From IMG/VR virus record IMGVR_UViG_3300046739_000039, positions 47,672-111,671 of that record: DNA of 64,000 nucleotides. One strand, 5' to 3'. Made by a program: the position numbers and the translations under genes. Within the stretch, counting starts at the first letter, position 1. Every line of letters begins with the position of its first letter. Of the stretch, positions 17,641 through 27,336 are shown piece by piece. The notes under the pieces were generated by a model. The model worked only from the letters and a program-made list of their open reading frames with translations, had not been told where the DNA came from and did no database searches. The stretch comes from a virus (Duplodnaviria; Caudoviricetes).

Positions 17641-18496
17641 GAGTACGTGGGCTAAGCAGCATGCTAAGCAGTCCAATGGAGATATTGTTCTGACTTCGCG
17701 TGACGACATTCGGCTGATGCTGGGTATTGGTCCTATCGGAAATAAGGATCAGGAAGCCCTGGTATCCAAGGTTCAGGATGACATTATCGTTCGGGTTATT
17801 AATGAGGGTAAGGGACTTATTGTTCACGATACAAATCTGAATGCTCGTCCTGCTACTCGAATTAAGAAGTTGTTCGATGGTGAGGTGAAGTTCGCTGTTG
17901 CTGACTTTACTGAGGTGCCTATTGAGGTTTGCATTGAGCGTGATGCTCAGCGGCCGAACCCTGTAGGTGAGCCGGTTATCCGCAACATGGCTAAGCAGCT
18001 CCAGAAGCAGTGGCGCCTTACTCCGGAATGGCTGAACGATAAGACTCTGTCCGCTCCAATTGTGTATGATCCCAAGCTCCCTTGGTGTGTAGTGTTTGAC
18101 ACCGATGGAACTACTGCTCACCACAACCGTTCTCCGTATGACTACCCCAAGTGCTACAGTGATACGGTTGACCTGAACATCAAGATGCTTCTTAAGATCA
18201 TCTATGCTCAGGGTGAGTACGACAACATTACTCTGATTGGCATGTCCGGTCGTCCGGATACATGGCGAGACATGACAGAGCAGTGGTACCGTGATAACGG
18301 TATTTGGTATGACGACTTCTACATGCGTCCGGCTGGTGATGGGCGTCCGGACACTGTGATCAAGCAGGAGATGTACGACAAGTACATTCGCGGGAAGTAC
18401 AACGTCCTTATTCACCTGGACGACCGTGACAGTGTTGTCCGCGCAATCCGTAAGCTGGGCGTAAAGGTAGCTCAGGTAGCTCCAGGAGATTTCTAA
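17597..18496 (+). CDS. pnk: Polynucleotide kinase/3'-phosphatase (T4 PseT-like)
   Basis: GLPGSGKSTWA, SRDDIR, HDTNL, C.ERDA.R; HAD motifs FDTDGT, SGRP, MRP.GD.RPD..IK, DDR. Confidence 0.9.
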   Translation: MSTIILTTGLPGSGKSTWAKQHAKQSNGDIVLTSRDDIRLMLGIGPIGNKDQEALVSKVQDDIIVRVINEGKGLIVHDTNLNARPATRIKKLFDGEVKFAVADFTEVPIEVCIERDAQRPNPVGEPVIRNMAKQLQKQWRLTPEWLNDKTLSAPIVYDPKLPWCVVFDTDGTTAHHNRSPYDYPKCYSDTVDLNIKMLLKIIYAQGEYDNITLIGMSGRPDTWRDMTEQWYRDNGIWYDDFYMRPAGDGRPDTVIKQEMYDKYIRGKYNVLIHLDDRDSVVRAIRKLGVKVAQVAPGDF

Positions 18497-18711
18497 TGGG
18501 AAAAGATGCTAGACCATACGCCAAAGGACATGACGCTAACGATCGATATGATATGCAGAGTCTAGTCATGGGTGAGTGGGTTACTATCTGTAGAGTTACG
18601 AAGGCTGGTGGAGCTAATAAGGCTCGCACTGGTGCGAAGAACTCAGGTAACCCACACCGTATTTACAACGTAACCAAGAGTACGGTTTATATCTTGGTGG
18701 ACCCACGATGA
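18496..18711 (+). CDS. Hypothetical protein
   Basis: TAATG coupling; AGGAG RBS. Confidence 0.55.
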   Translation: MGKDARPYAKGHDANDRYDMQSLVMGEWVTICRVTKAGGANKARTGAKNSGNPHRIYNVTKSTVYILVDPR

Positions 18712-19046
18712 AACTACAACAGAATAAGAGATGGTCTTACGATCGTTTCACCGATGATGCTGGTACAGTGTGGAAGGTGCATAAGGCTGACCTTTGTGAG
18801 GGAGAAAACTGCACCATCCACAACCCCTCTGATCATGCCCTGAAGGATGCTAAGCTGATTCTTCGTGTGGGCAGTCCCTTCAGCGGTAAGCCTCACGGCT
18901 TTGGTGAACGCTTCTGTGAGCACGGTATTGGACACAGTGATCCGGACAGTGTATCCTTTTATGCACGACAAGGTTCACACGGCCTGGGTGTCCATGGCTG
19001 TGACGGTTGCTGCCAAGGAAGGTATGAGGAAATCCAGAATGGTTGA
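18708..19046 (+). CDS. Cys/His-rich hypothetical protein
   Basis: C....CTIHNPSDH, ERFCEHGIGHSDPDS, HGCDGCC. Confidence 0.65.
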   Translation: MKLQQNKRWSYDRFTDDAGTVWKVHKADLCEGENCTIHNPSDHALKDAKLILRVGSPFSGKPHGFGERFCEHGIGHSDPDSVSFYARQGSHGLGVHGCDGCCQGRYEEIQNG

Positions 19047-19206
19047 TGTATTGCACGGCGGGGAAGATCCAGAAGACTGGAATCCAGAGGATGTAAGTAT
19101 TGCCTCTGACCCGCTGACTGTAGAAGAGATGGATGAGAGAGGAATTCAGTTTTACGTAGACAGAATTCAAGCTCAGATTGAGGCGATGTTGAGTGAGGAA
19201 GGGTGA
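19039..19206 (+). CDS. Small acidic hypothetical protein
   Basis: ATG 19039 after GAGGA; C-terminal part of track ORF 18865-19206. Confidence 0.5.
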   Translation: MVDVLHGGEDPEDWNPEDVSIASDPLTVEEMDERGIQFYVDRIQAQIEAMLSEEG

Positions 19207-19648
19207 GTTAAGTTCTGAAACTCTCCCCAGAGTCTATGTGGTATTTGAGGGCTTAATTGGTCTGCCACCTACGTCTGCCAAGGACCGAACCGCAGAGCTA
19301 TTGGCGCGGAAAAGGAAAAAGTGGCAACAGGTAGCAGACTATTACCAACTGAATATCAAGACTTCACAAGGAATACGGGATCTGTATTGGCGACAGCGTT
19401 TCAGAGTAGACGTGATCACCTTTATAGATCCCGGTTTTGTTTCAGCTATCAGAGATAAACTCGACAGTAGAAGTTTGCTGTTTGGGGATGTACATTACTA
19501 TGACACAGAGCTGCTGTTAGCAGACCTGACCTACGATCCTGCCATCATTGGTGTGCTGGACCCTGACCCCAAGCGTCAGTTGACATGGGGAAGCAAGGGT
19601 AGGTACTGTGCATCCGAGCAGATCAACTTGATTCAACTTCTGGCATAG
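19193..19648 (+). CDS. Degenerate HAD-fold-like protein
   Basis: RVYVVFEGLIG resembles HAD motif I without Asp; upstream of helicase. Confidence 0.35.
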   Translation: MRKGELSSETLPRVYVVFEGLIGLPPTSAKDRTAELLARKRKKWQQVADYYQLNIKTSQGIRDLYWRQRFRVDVITFIDPGFVSAIRDKLDSRSLLFGDVHYYDTELLLADLTYDPAIIGVLDPDPKRQLTWGSKGRYCASEQINLIQLLA

Positions 19649-19656
19649 GAGGAATT

Positions 19657-20949
19657 TTGGCAGCGACATTCAATGTCGAAAAGCTTTTCATTTCAAAGAT
19701 TATTCAAGAGCAAGACATGAAGGAAGTCGCTGATGTTCCTCCGTACTTCCTGAATGACCCTGATTACCGTGCGGCATTTGAATTCATCAGAAACTATTAC
19801 TCTGAGATTGGTTCTGTACCTACTCAGCGTGTGTTCATGATGGACTTCAAGACTCCTACGGACCGTAAGCCCCTTAAGCTCGTTGAAGTTGATGAGCCGT
19901 GGGAAGATATTAAAAAGCGTATTGAACGTCAGTATATTTCTGGCATTATCGCTGACAATATGGATAAGTTCACCGATGCTTATGATGCTGGTGATATTGA
20001 GACGGCGGTTAACCTTCTCTCTGTCACTGTTTCAGAGGCTCACACGGCTATCCCCAGTAGTCGCGATGTGGACGTGTCCCAGAACGGTCAGGAGAGGCTT
20101 GCAAGGTACCAGGAACGGCGTGACAACCCCGGTACCCTGGTAGGAGTCCCTACAGGGTTTCCGACGATTGACAGAGCCACACAGGGCCTTCAGCCTGGTC
20201 AGCTCGTTACTGTTACAGGTCTGGCCAAGGCTTCTAAGTCCACGCTGGCTATGCGAATGGCTATGACTATTCAGGAGAACGGTTATCGTGTACTGTATCT
20301 GACGTATGAGCAGACGGTAGAGGAACAGGAGCGTAGGCTTGATGCTTACCGTGCCGGTTTCAATGACAACCTTCTGAACAGTGGCGAGATCGATCATGAT
20401 AATTGGTTGAAGCTTCAAGAGGGTATCAAGCTTACTGAGCAGTATGAGCCCATGATGATCTCTGAAGACTGTATGACTGTTGCTGCGATCGGTTCAAAGA
20501 TTGACATCTTCAAGCCTGACGTGGTAATTATTGACGGTACTTACATGCTTGAAGACGAACGAGGAGAGCCTAAGGGATCTCCTATGGCTCTGGCCAACAT
20601 CGTTTCGGGCTTGAAGTTCCTTGCGATGCGACGTAGTATCTGTGTCGTGGCAGTGACTCAGTCGACACCCGCCCGTACTAAGGGGGAGACGCTGAACACT
20701 GACTCGATCATGGGTTCCCGTGCGTTTGTCCAGTACAGCAACACGGTTATCGGTATTGAGCGCACGGAAGATGTCACTATGCGTAAGATGAAGATCATCA
20801 TGTCTCGATCTTGTGCACCGTGTGAGATCGTGCTACTGTTTGACTACGACACAGGCGAGTTCGTAGAGCTGGAAGGCTTTGACTTGGACGATGATCTTGA
20901 CAAGGAGCTAATGGATGAAGATTCCTCAGTATTTGCAGGGGGTTTCTAG
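19657..20949 (+). CDS. DnaB-like replicative helicase
   Basis: GVPTGFPTID..TQGLQPGQLVTVTG..KA.KST, EQT, VVIIDG, .VAVTQ; AGGAGG + TTG. Confidence 0.9.
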   Translation: MAATFNVEKLFISKIIQEQDMKEVADVPPYFLNDPDYRAAFEFIRNYYSEIGSVPTQRVFMMDFKTPTDRKPLKLVEVDEPWEDIKKRIERQYISGIIADNMDKFTDAYDAGDIETAVNLLSVTVSEAHTAIPSSRDVDVSQNGQERLARYQERRDNPGTLVGVPTGFPTIDRATQGLQPGQLVTVTGLAKASKSTLAMRMAMTIQENGYRVLYLTYEQTVEEQERRLDAYRAGFNDNLLNSGEIDHDNWLKLQEGIKLTEQYEPMMISEDCMTVAAIGSKIDIFKPDVVIIDGTYMLEDERGEPKGSPMALANIVSGLKFLAMRRSICVVAVTQSTPARTKGETLNTDSIMGSRAFVQYSNTVIGIERTEDVTMRKMKIIMSRSCAPCEIVLLFDYDTGEFVELEGFDLDDDLDKELMDEDSSVFAGGF

Positions 20950-21916
20950 CGGCTGGAACAGTCGTACGACACCAACCCCAGGTGATGTGCTAGCTTGTCT
21001 GGAAGAACTTGGGATTGACGTTGCTCGTATCATCCATGAAGAAGCTTGGGCTGTGTGTCCAGGACACTTTGAGAGGGTGGGAAAGCACAATACTCGCCCT
21101 AATAAGTGGTCAGTTAATATCGAAACAGGTCAGCATTCCTGTTTCTCATGCGGTTTCAGTGGTTCATTCGTTTACCTAGTCCAGGAGGTTAAGGGATATG
21201 ACAGATCAGATGCTGAACAGTGGGTCCGTAGTCGTGGTGGAGTCGAACGACTACGACGAGTACTGGCTGATCCCCAAGGGAGGTCTGCTGGTGTCGAACG
21301 AGACTCGGGGATACAACCGTGGAATGAAGCACGACTGGCACTCTTCAATGCTCCACCGTACGCGGCACTGGACGGACGAAGAGTATCTGCGGGAGCGGTA
21401 AGTCATTACGGAGTCCTCTGGGATTCTGAAAAGGAAAACTGGATTCTCCCCATACGTGATCCTGATACGGGGTCACTATGGGGATACCAGGAAAAGGGCT
21501 CGGGCTGGTTCTGTAATAAGCCAGCCCGAGTCCCTAAGGGAGATACGCTATTCGGAATTAAGGCATTGAATGGCTCGACGGCAGTACTATTGGAAAGTCC
21601 TCTCGATTGTTTGCGCCTACATACTGCTGGCATTGGTGGCGGTGTATCTTCTTTTGGGGTAGGCGTAACTGAACGTCAGCTTGATCTTCTGTTCGACAGA
21701 GCAGAGATTGTTATCTTCGCCCTTGACAATGACGAAGTTGGGCTTCGTAAGATGTGGGAACTACGTCAGAGATACCTGAGGAGCGGTAAGCGAATCAAGT
21801 TCATTGACTACACCCACATTCCCTGGGCAAAGGATATTGGAACTGAGGGAGTAACTGATCAGGATATCCAAAAGGCTATACTGAAAGCGAAATCCCTGCT
21901 AAACTATCGCCCATGA
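20915..21916 (+). CDS. DNA primase (Zn-binding + TOPRIM)
   Basis: CPGH...CFSCG; LLESPLD; FALDNDEVG; KDIG. Confidence 0.9.
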   Translation: MKIPQYLQGVSSGWNSRTTPTPGDVLACLEELGIDVARIIHEEAWAVCPGHFERVGKHNTRPNKWSVNIETGQHSCFSCGFSGSFVYLVQEVKGYDRSDAEQWVRSRGGVERLRRVLADPQGRSAGVERDSGIQPWNEARLALFNAPPYAALDGRRVSAGAVSHYGVLWDSEKENWILPIRDPDTGSLWGYQEKGSGWFCNKPARVPKGDTLFGIKALNGSTAVLLESPLDCLRLHTAGIGGGVSSFGVGVTERQLDLLFDRAEIVIFALDNDEVGLRKMWELRQRYLRSGKRIKFIDYTHIPWAKDIGTEGVTDQDIQKAILKAKSLLNYRP

Positions 21917-23478
21917 CTTTTAAGGGCGAATTACGCGAGTATCAAGAACAAGCCAAGGGTCTTATCACACAACGTGGTAAGGCCCTATTGGCGTTGGACT
22001 TGGGTACCGGAAAGACGGTAGTATCTATAGCAGCAATAGAAGAACTAAGAGCGAGAGGTGATGTCCAATGTTCCCTTCTGATTATGAGCAGCAGTTTGAC
22101 AGTTCAGTGGAAGGAAAGAATCGAGCAATTCACGGACGAACAGTCAATCCTAGTGGTGGATGGATCATTGTCCCCTGCGAAGAGGCAGGATGCTTATTCT
22201 GCATGTCTCCAGAACCGCCCAGCGTACCTGATAATGGGGATTCGCCAAGTAGTTAAGGATCTGGATTTCGTATTGAAGTTAAAACCTGAATTGGTATTAG
22301 TAGATGAAGTAACATCTATTAAGAATTTCGGTACACAACAAACAAAAGCAATTAAGAAACTAAAAGCACCATTCAGAGTAGGACTTACTGCTGAGCCTGT
22401 AGAGAATGGAAAAGCAGAAGAACTATTCTCTATCATGCAATGGATTGATGATTCAGTCCTAGGTAATTGGCAATACTTTGAAGAGAATTATATTATCCGT
22501 AATGCCTTTAATATCATTACAGGATATAGAAACATACCCGAATTAAACGCACGACTAATGACAGCTTGTGTCTCAAAGAGGAGAGACGATCCTGACGTTG
22601 CGTCATTCATGCCAACTGTAGAAGAATACAACGTACGCGTGGAGATGGACGATGAAACAAAATCACTTTACGACAGAATCGCAAAGGAACTCCTATACGA
22701 ACTCTACAGTGCTGGTCCCTCAGTCAGTAAAGACCTTGCGCGATACTATGCAGGGGAAAAGAGTGACGACAACTCCAGCATGGGAGCTATCACCGGAAGG
22801 CTTCTCGCGTTACATCTCCTCTTGGATGACCCAACACTCCTAGAAGCCTCTGCACGGTCGTATGAGGACCCTACAGACCCCAGAGGGTCCAAGTATGCGC
22901 ACTCCCTCTTAGAGGACGGGAGACTGCCCGCTGAGGGCTTCCACGGGGCAAAGCTAGAGGCATGTCTAGAGCTGGTGACGGAGTACCTGGAAGAGGACCC
23001 CCGACACAAGATCATTGTGTTCGCTAGATTCAGAGGAGTCCTGCCTTTACTGGCCAAGGGACTTGACAAGTATGGTTCAGTACTATTTCATGGAGGCTTG
23101 AATGGAAGACAGCGCGGCGAAGCTATTGAGCGGTTCACGAACGCAGATGATGTACGCTTGTTCCTGTCCTCCGACGCAGGAGGATATGGAGTTGATCTCT
23201 ATGCAGCTAGCCACCTGGTTAACTATGACTTGCCGCACTCTTCTGGTACCTTCAAACAGCGAAATGGTCGTCACGTTCGAGCTAGTTCAGTATTCCGAAA
23301 TGTCTTTATCGACAATCTCATTGTCGCTGGAACTATTGAGGAATACCAGCTCTCAAGGCTGAACTACAAGGCTCGTGTAAGCCGTGGCGTGCTGACTGGA
23401 ATGTCAGACCCTGATGGTAGAGTAACTAATGAAGCAAAAAATCTCACACAATTTCTGAAAAACTACTTTGGAGAATAG
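21913..23478 (+). CDS. SNF2-family helicase
   Basis: LREYQ, DLGTGKT, LVDEV..IKN, GLTAEP.EN..EELFS, KIIVF, SSDAGGYGVDL, NYDLP, QRNGR..R. Confidence 0.85.
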   Translation: MTFKGELREYQEQAKGLITQRGKALLALDLGTGKTVVSIAAIEELRARGDVQCSLLIMSSSLTVQWKERIEQFTDEQSILVVDGSLSPAKRQDAYSACLQNRPAYLIMGIRQVVKDLDFVLKLKPELVLVDEVTSIKNFGTQQTKAIKKLKAPFRVGLTAEPVENGKAEELFSIMQWIDDSVLGNWQYFEENYIIRNAFNIITGYRNIPELNARLMTACVSKRRDDPDVASFMPTVEEYNVRVEMDDETKSLYDRIAKELLYELYSAGPSVSKDLARYYAGEKSDDNSSMGAITGRLLALHLLLDDPTLLEASARSYEDPTDPRGSKYAHSLLEDGRLPAEGFHGAKLEACLELVTEYLEEDPRHKIIVFARFRGVLPLLAKGLDKYGSVLFHGGLNGRQRGEAIERFTNADDVRLFLSSDAGGYGVDLYAASHLVNYDLPHSSGTFKQRNGRHVRASSVFRNVFIDNLIVAGTIEEYQLSRLNYKARVSRGVLTGMSDPDGRVTNEAKNLTQFLKNYFGE

Positions 23479-24048
23479 ATGTCCAATTTCCTTAAGGGAC
23501 TTCAGTACCGAGAGCGCAAGCATGAACTGCCTACGTTTCATGATGAAGGCTTTACCGCCTGGAAAGATGTGACGGACGAGACCACGTTCCACACGGGAAC
23601 TCAGTTCCGGCTAGTTCCTGCGTATGTTTACGTGGTCACTGATAGTACTGATGTAGTTGTGGATTCCTACGACACAAAGACCGCAGCCATGTCCAAGGTA
23701 GCTTCCATGGTTGATACAGACCTTTTTGCTGCTATTCGCCGCGAGGAAAAGACTTCTCCAGGTATTAGTACATGGCTGGGTGACAACAACATTCAGTACA
23801 AGCTTGTCGGTCACAACTCTTGGTCTCATGGCCAGTACTTTGCTCCTAGCACTACCGCTAATGGTCGTGTTAAGTTCCGTGTGCGTCCCGATCATTTCTT
23901 TGATGTCACCGTTCAGACTGGAATTGCTCAATCTACAATTACATTTGATGATGTAGATGAGGTGGACGAGTACGTTTCTCGTCAGCTCCGCACTTCCCAG
24001 AACACTATCTCTATTAATAGGAGAGCATATGGAATTACCCATCTCTGA
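23479..24048 (+). CDS. Hypothetical protein
   Basis: GGAG RBS; abuts previous stop. Confidence 0.65.
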   Translation: MSNFLKGLQYRERKHELPTFHDEGFTAWKDVTDETTFHTGTQFRLVPAYVYVVTDSTDVVVDSYDTKTAAMSKVASMVDTDLFAAIRREEKTSPGISTWLGDNNIQYKLVGHNSWSHGQYFAPSTTANGRVKFRVRPDHFFDVTVQTGIAQSTITFDDVDEVDEYVSRQLRTSQNTISINRRAYGITHL

Positions 24049-24499
24049 CACATCTATCAAGGCCAAGGTAGCAGCGTATCTCTTGCTCAATCAGGAGATC
24101 GCTGATAGAAAGGCTCTGCAAGAAAACCTCAAGCGTGAGCTGGACCCTTACCTACGTGAGGCAGACACTAACGCTAGAGGCTCACATGTGATACCGTTCG
24201 CGGAGCCTTTGAAGGTCAACGGCAAGGAGTACGCTAGCTTGCAGAAGACCAAGAAAGTCAGTAAGGTTCTCAATGAACAGCGCGTCATTGACTTCCTGAT
24301 GGAGCGTGCTAACAGCGACGACGATCACTGGATGGGCTGGGACGATCTTGTCTCAAATTCTGGTGTGATCGTGACTGTACAACACGTAGATCAGGATGTA
24401 CTGTGGGACTTGTTCGTGCAAGACATGATCAGCCAAGAGGAGCTTGACAGCTTCTTCGATGTTTCGGTATCGTGGAGCTTCAACCCCACCAAGGTATAA
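24029..24499 (+). CDS. Hypothetical protein (N-terminal coiled coil)
   Basis: ATG 24029 after AGGAG. Confidence 0.65.
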   Translation: MELPISDTSIKAKVAAYLLLNQEIADRKALQENLKRELDPYLREADTNARGSHVIPFAEPLKVNGKEYASLQKTKKVSKVLNEQRVIDFLMERANSDDDHWMGWDDLVSNSGVIVTVQHVDQDVLWDLFVQDMISQEELDSFFDVSVSWSFNPTKV

Positions 24500-24517
24500 C
24501 TCACAAAGGAGAATAAA

Positions 24518-24889
24518 GTGCAGAAGACTGTTGCTAAGGCGTTTGCGTCGGTTGCTTTCATGGCCATGGCAGGATTCGGTGTTACCGCTTGCGGTAATGA
24601 CCCCGGTTATGTCGACAATGGTTATGACCAGGTGTGGGACCACGGACACTACGTGTACGTTCCTCACTCCTACTACCTCAGTCACAAGAGCCAGTACCGT
24701 AACAGTGCACATCCTGTGCGTCACCGTAGCAGCAGCTACGTCACTACGCACCACGTGAAGGTTACGCACCGTACTACCACCACCGTTAACAAGGATGGTT
24801 CTCGTACCACTACGCGTCACACCACCACTCGCCGTACTACTCGTAAGTCCAGCGGATTCGGTGGTAGCCGCAGTACTCGTCGTCGCTAG
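24518..24889 (+). CDS. Lipoprotein with His/Thr/Arg-rich basic tail
   Basis: Signal peptide with lipobox VTAC; AAGGAG RBS. Confidence 0.7.
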   Translation: MQKTVAKAFASVAFMAMAGFGVTACGNDPGYVDNGYDQVWDHGHYVYVPHSYYLSHKSQYRNSAHPVRHRSSSYVTTHHVKVTHRTTTTVNKDGSRTTTRHTTTRRTTRKSSGFGGSRSTRRR

Positions 24890-24938
24890 TACGCTTTAGT
24901 TCTTCTCCCCGAAAGGGGAGAGGTTCTATGGATTACTA
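24887..24938 (+). repeat. Stop-anchored hairpin element, copy 1
   Basis: TAG TAC GCTTTAG ttcttctcccc GAAA ggggagaggtt CTATGG atta CTA. Confidence 0.8.
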
Positions 24939-24950
24939 GAGAGGAAAAGA

Positions 24951-25244
24951 ATGGCATTCGTTACACGCAAGTTCACTGTAGAGGAGCTAGAGGAGAAGTA
25001 TGATCTCCCCTGGAATCCTATCTATGAGGAGACTATTGACAAGCGCCGTTGGTATTCTGTAGTTGAACTAGTATTCAAGGCTGACGATGGCCTCCATTAC
25101 ACGGTTTACTACATGGACCCGGCTACTGAAATGCAGGATGGGCAGGATCGTTGGGAAGATTCCCGAGGCTATGTTGAGGGTATTCAAGTAGAGCCTGTTG
25201 AAGTAGTAACCGTAAAGTGGGAGGCAGTTAAGTGTTTGAAGTAG
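24951..25244 (+). CDS. Hypothetical protein
   Basis: GAGGA RBS; RRW..V.ELVF; ATEMQ; VEPVEV. Confidence 0.7.
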   Translation: MAFVTRKFTVEELEEKYDLPWNPIYEETIDKRRWYSVVELVFKADDGLHYTVYYMDPATEMQDGQDRWEDSRGYVEGIQVEPVEVVTVKWEAVKCLK

Positions 25245-25495
25245 GACAGATTCTCACTAATGATTTTGAGGTCAGCCGCAATGCTGTAACCATTGAAATC
25301 AAGGCTACATGGATTGATGATGACGATGCAGAGGTTTATTACGTCGTTAAGTGCATCGATGTGGCGCGGGATCACGAGCACAACATGTTCAGCTCCTGGT
25401 ACTACGATGATGAAGTCGATCTGGTAAGTGAAGCGCACCTGGATAAGTACTACAACATTGTGGAAAGGAGTCAGACAGGTGAGAGTTCGTGTTGA
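25232..25495 (+). CDS. Hypothetical protein
   Basis: GGAGG + GTG. Confidence 0.6.
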   Translation: MFEVGQILTNDFEVSRNAVTIEIKATWIDDDDAEVYYVVKCIDVARDHEHNMFSSWYYDDEVDLVSEAHLDKYYNIVERSQTGESSC

Positions 25496-25652
25496 TTTCG
25501 AAATTCCTTCTCTTTATATTGATCTCACTCCTGCGCAGGTTGAAGCGCTTGATGACGAGTTCGATTGGCAGCCGTTTATTGACGCTACTTACAACGAACT
25601 TGAAAGTCACCTGATGGGTGAATTCGTTATCGATGATGTGGTTGAGTATTAA
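25479..25652 (+). CDS. Small acidic hypothetical protein
   Basis: AAGGAG + GTG 25479. Confidence 0.55.
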   Translation: MRVRVDFEIPSLYIDLTPAQVEALDDEFDWQPFIDATYNELESHLMGEFVIDDVVEY

Positions 25653-26059
25653 TGCCTTATAAACGACCACCTGCCCCAGAAGGTATGCATTGGTGTTTAG
25701 GCTGTAAAGACTTTAAGCCAGTGGATACCTTCTGGAAGCATAAAAAAGGTAATAATGGATTATGTGGTAGCTGTAAAGACTGCATGTCTAAGCAACATAG
25801 TTCAAACAGATCAGCAATGAGACATAGAGCTAAGAAAGTTTACGGACTTACATTAGAAGATTACGATGCGCTAAAGGCTCGTTCTAATTTTTGTCCATTG
25901 TGTAATTCAGCAGAAGAGTTACACCTAGATCATAATGATCAGACGGGTGTCGTACGCGAATTCATTTGTGGTAAGTGTAATAGAGGTCTAGGATTATTTA
26001 ATCATGATCCTGAATTGTTGCGTGCGGCTGCTAGGTATATGGAGGCACATAATCAATAG
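25652..26059 (+). CDS. Endonuclease VII-family (HNH-like) nuclease, probable homing endonuclease
   Basis: C..C; YGLT.EDY; CPLC; LHLDH...TG.VR..IC..CNRGLG; AT-rich codons vs flanks. Confidence 0.85.
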   Translation: MPYKRPPAPEGMHWCLGCKDFKPVDTFWKHKKGNNGLCGSCKDCMSKQHSSNRSAMRHRAKKVYGLTLEDYDALKARSNFCPLCNSAEELHLDHNDQTGVVREFICGKCNRGLGLFNHDPELLRAAARYMEAHNQ

Positions 26060-26429
26060 TTTTTATCATGCTCAGTCTGCTGCTCATAAATGGGGCGGGA
26101 CATGGGAAGATTACATGGAGATCGAATCTTTTATTGACTCGTCTAAGAAGACGTTTGGTGATTATCGTCATCGCGCTATGTACCATCACACCCTAGGTGT
26201 TTATCTGTGTGAGGATCTATTCGGTAAGACTATTTCTATCCAGAAGAACACCAAGACAATTCAAGTGCCTGTTCGTCTTATCGCAGAGCGGCACATTGTA
26301 GAGGATCTGGGATTCCTTCCTAGTCCTGAGCACTATCTAAAGCACATTCCCCATGACGACAACGCAACTCGTTGGATGTCCGGATCAATCCGTAAAGAGG
26401 TAGGAAACTTTAATGACGTCTTTAAATAA
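26052..26429 (+). CDS. DUF6915-like protein; probable ATC start
   Basis: HAQSAAHKWGG..EDY..I..FIDSSK..FGDYRHRA.YHHT.G; VPVR.IAE.HI.EDLG..PS; GGAGG 6 nt before ATC. Confidence 0.65.
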   Translation: MNSFYHAQSAAHKWGGTWEDYMEIESFIDSSKKTFGDYRHRAMYHHTLGVYLCEDLFGKTISIQKNTKTIQVPVRLIAERHIVEDLGFLPSPEHYLKHIPHDDNATRWMSGSIRKEVGNFNDVFK

Positions 26430-26904
26430 GGATGACAAGACCTTTATGGGCTTGCCCATTGAGGGTGACACAGGCTATCGTTGGGCGCGTACTCCGCAAG
26501 AGCCCGTTGAGAATCTGTACAACGATCTCAAGGCAGCCTTTGATGCTGGTGTAGTGGGTATTATGTGGGAACAGTACACGCCCGCCTGGAACGACGGAGA
26601 GGCTTGTGAGTTCTCCGTACGGGACCCCAAGGTGACAACCAATGCTATCGTTGCTGATGCATGGCTAGACGGTACTGAGCCTGACTTGTCTCTTGCCTAT
26701 CCCGAAGAGGATTTTGGTGAGTATGATGAGTACATGTACGAGCAGTGGAGCGACCACCCGGACGGTAAGCACGTAAACGACATCAGTGTTCCGGTAGATG
26801 CTGCTAAGTACGAGGATGCTCTACGTAGTAAGTTCGGAAACAACATCAAGGTCATTGTTACGCCTGGGCGCGTAGTAACAGAGGAATATGATTGCGGGTA
26901 CTAA
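26413..26904 (+). CDS. Hypothetical protein
   Basis: W.QYTP.WNDGEACEFSV motif; acidic. Confidence 0.7.
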   Translation: MTSLNKDDKTFMGLPIEGDTGYRWARTPQEPVENLYNDLKAAFDAGVVGIMWEQYTPAWNDGEACEFSVRDPKVTTNAIVADAWLDGTEPDLSLAYPEEDFGEYDEYMYEQWSDHPDGKHVNDISVPVDAAKYEDALRSKFGNNIKVIVTPGRVVTEEYDCGY

Positions 26905-27336
26905 TTGGCATCTGACCAAATCGAAAGATTTCTAAAGACATTTCCAGGTTCTCAAGTACCATTGCTCTTTGAGCAGATGAATATGGTGCAGGAGAAAGAG
27001 ACTGAGAAGTGGGATGCCAAGCCCTTTATCTTTCTGGTCGGTGGAAAAGAGAAAGAGTTCTTTTCCATCGGCCAGTTGGGTAAGGCCCTAGGTAGCAGGT
27101 CAGCAGTGACCTTGCGCAAGTGGGAGCGGGAGGGTATCCTACCTAAGTCCCCATACACCAAGCCCTCCGCAGATCCACGGGGTAGACGGAGAATGTACAC
27201 ACGTGCTATGGTTGAGGGACTAGTCAAGATCGCAAAGGAAGAGGGAGTATGGCTGCCAGACAAAGGAAAGCGCCTGTCGGAGACGATGTTTCAGCAGAAG
27301 GCACTGACACTGTTTCAGAACCTCTTGCAGACGTAG
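26905..27336 (+). CDS. MerR-like HTH DNA-binding protein
   Basis: FSIGQLGKALG.RSAVTLRKWEREGILP...RRMYT. Confidence 0.75.
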   Translation: MASDQIERFLKTFPGSQVPLLFEQMNMVQEKETEKWDAKPFIFLVGGKEKEFFSIGQLGKALGSRSAVTLRKWEREGILPKSPYTKPSADPRGRRRMYTRAMVEGLVKIAKEEGVWLPDKGKRLSETMFQQKALTLFQNLLQT

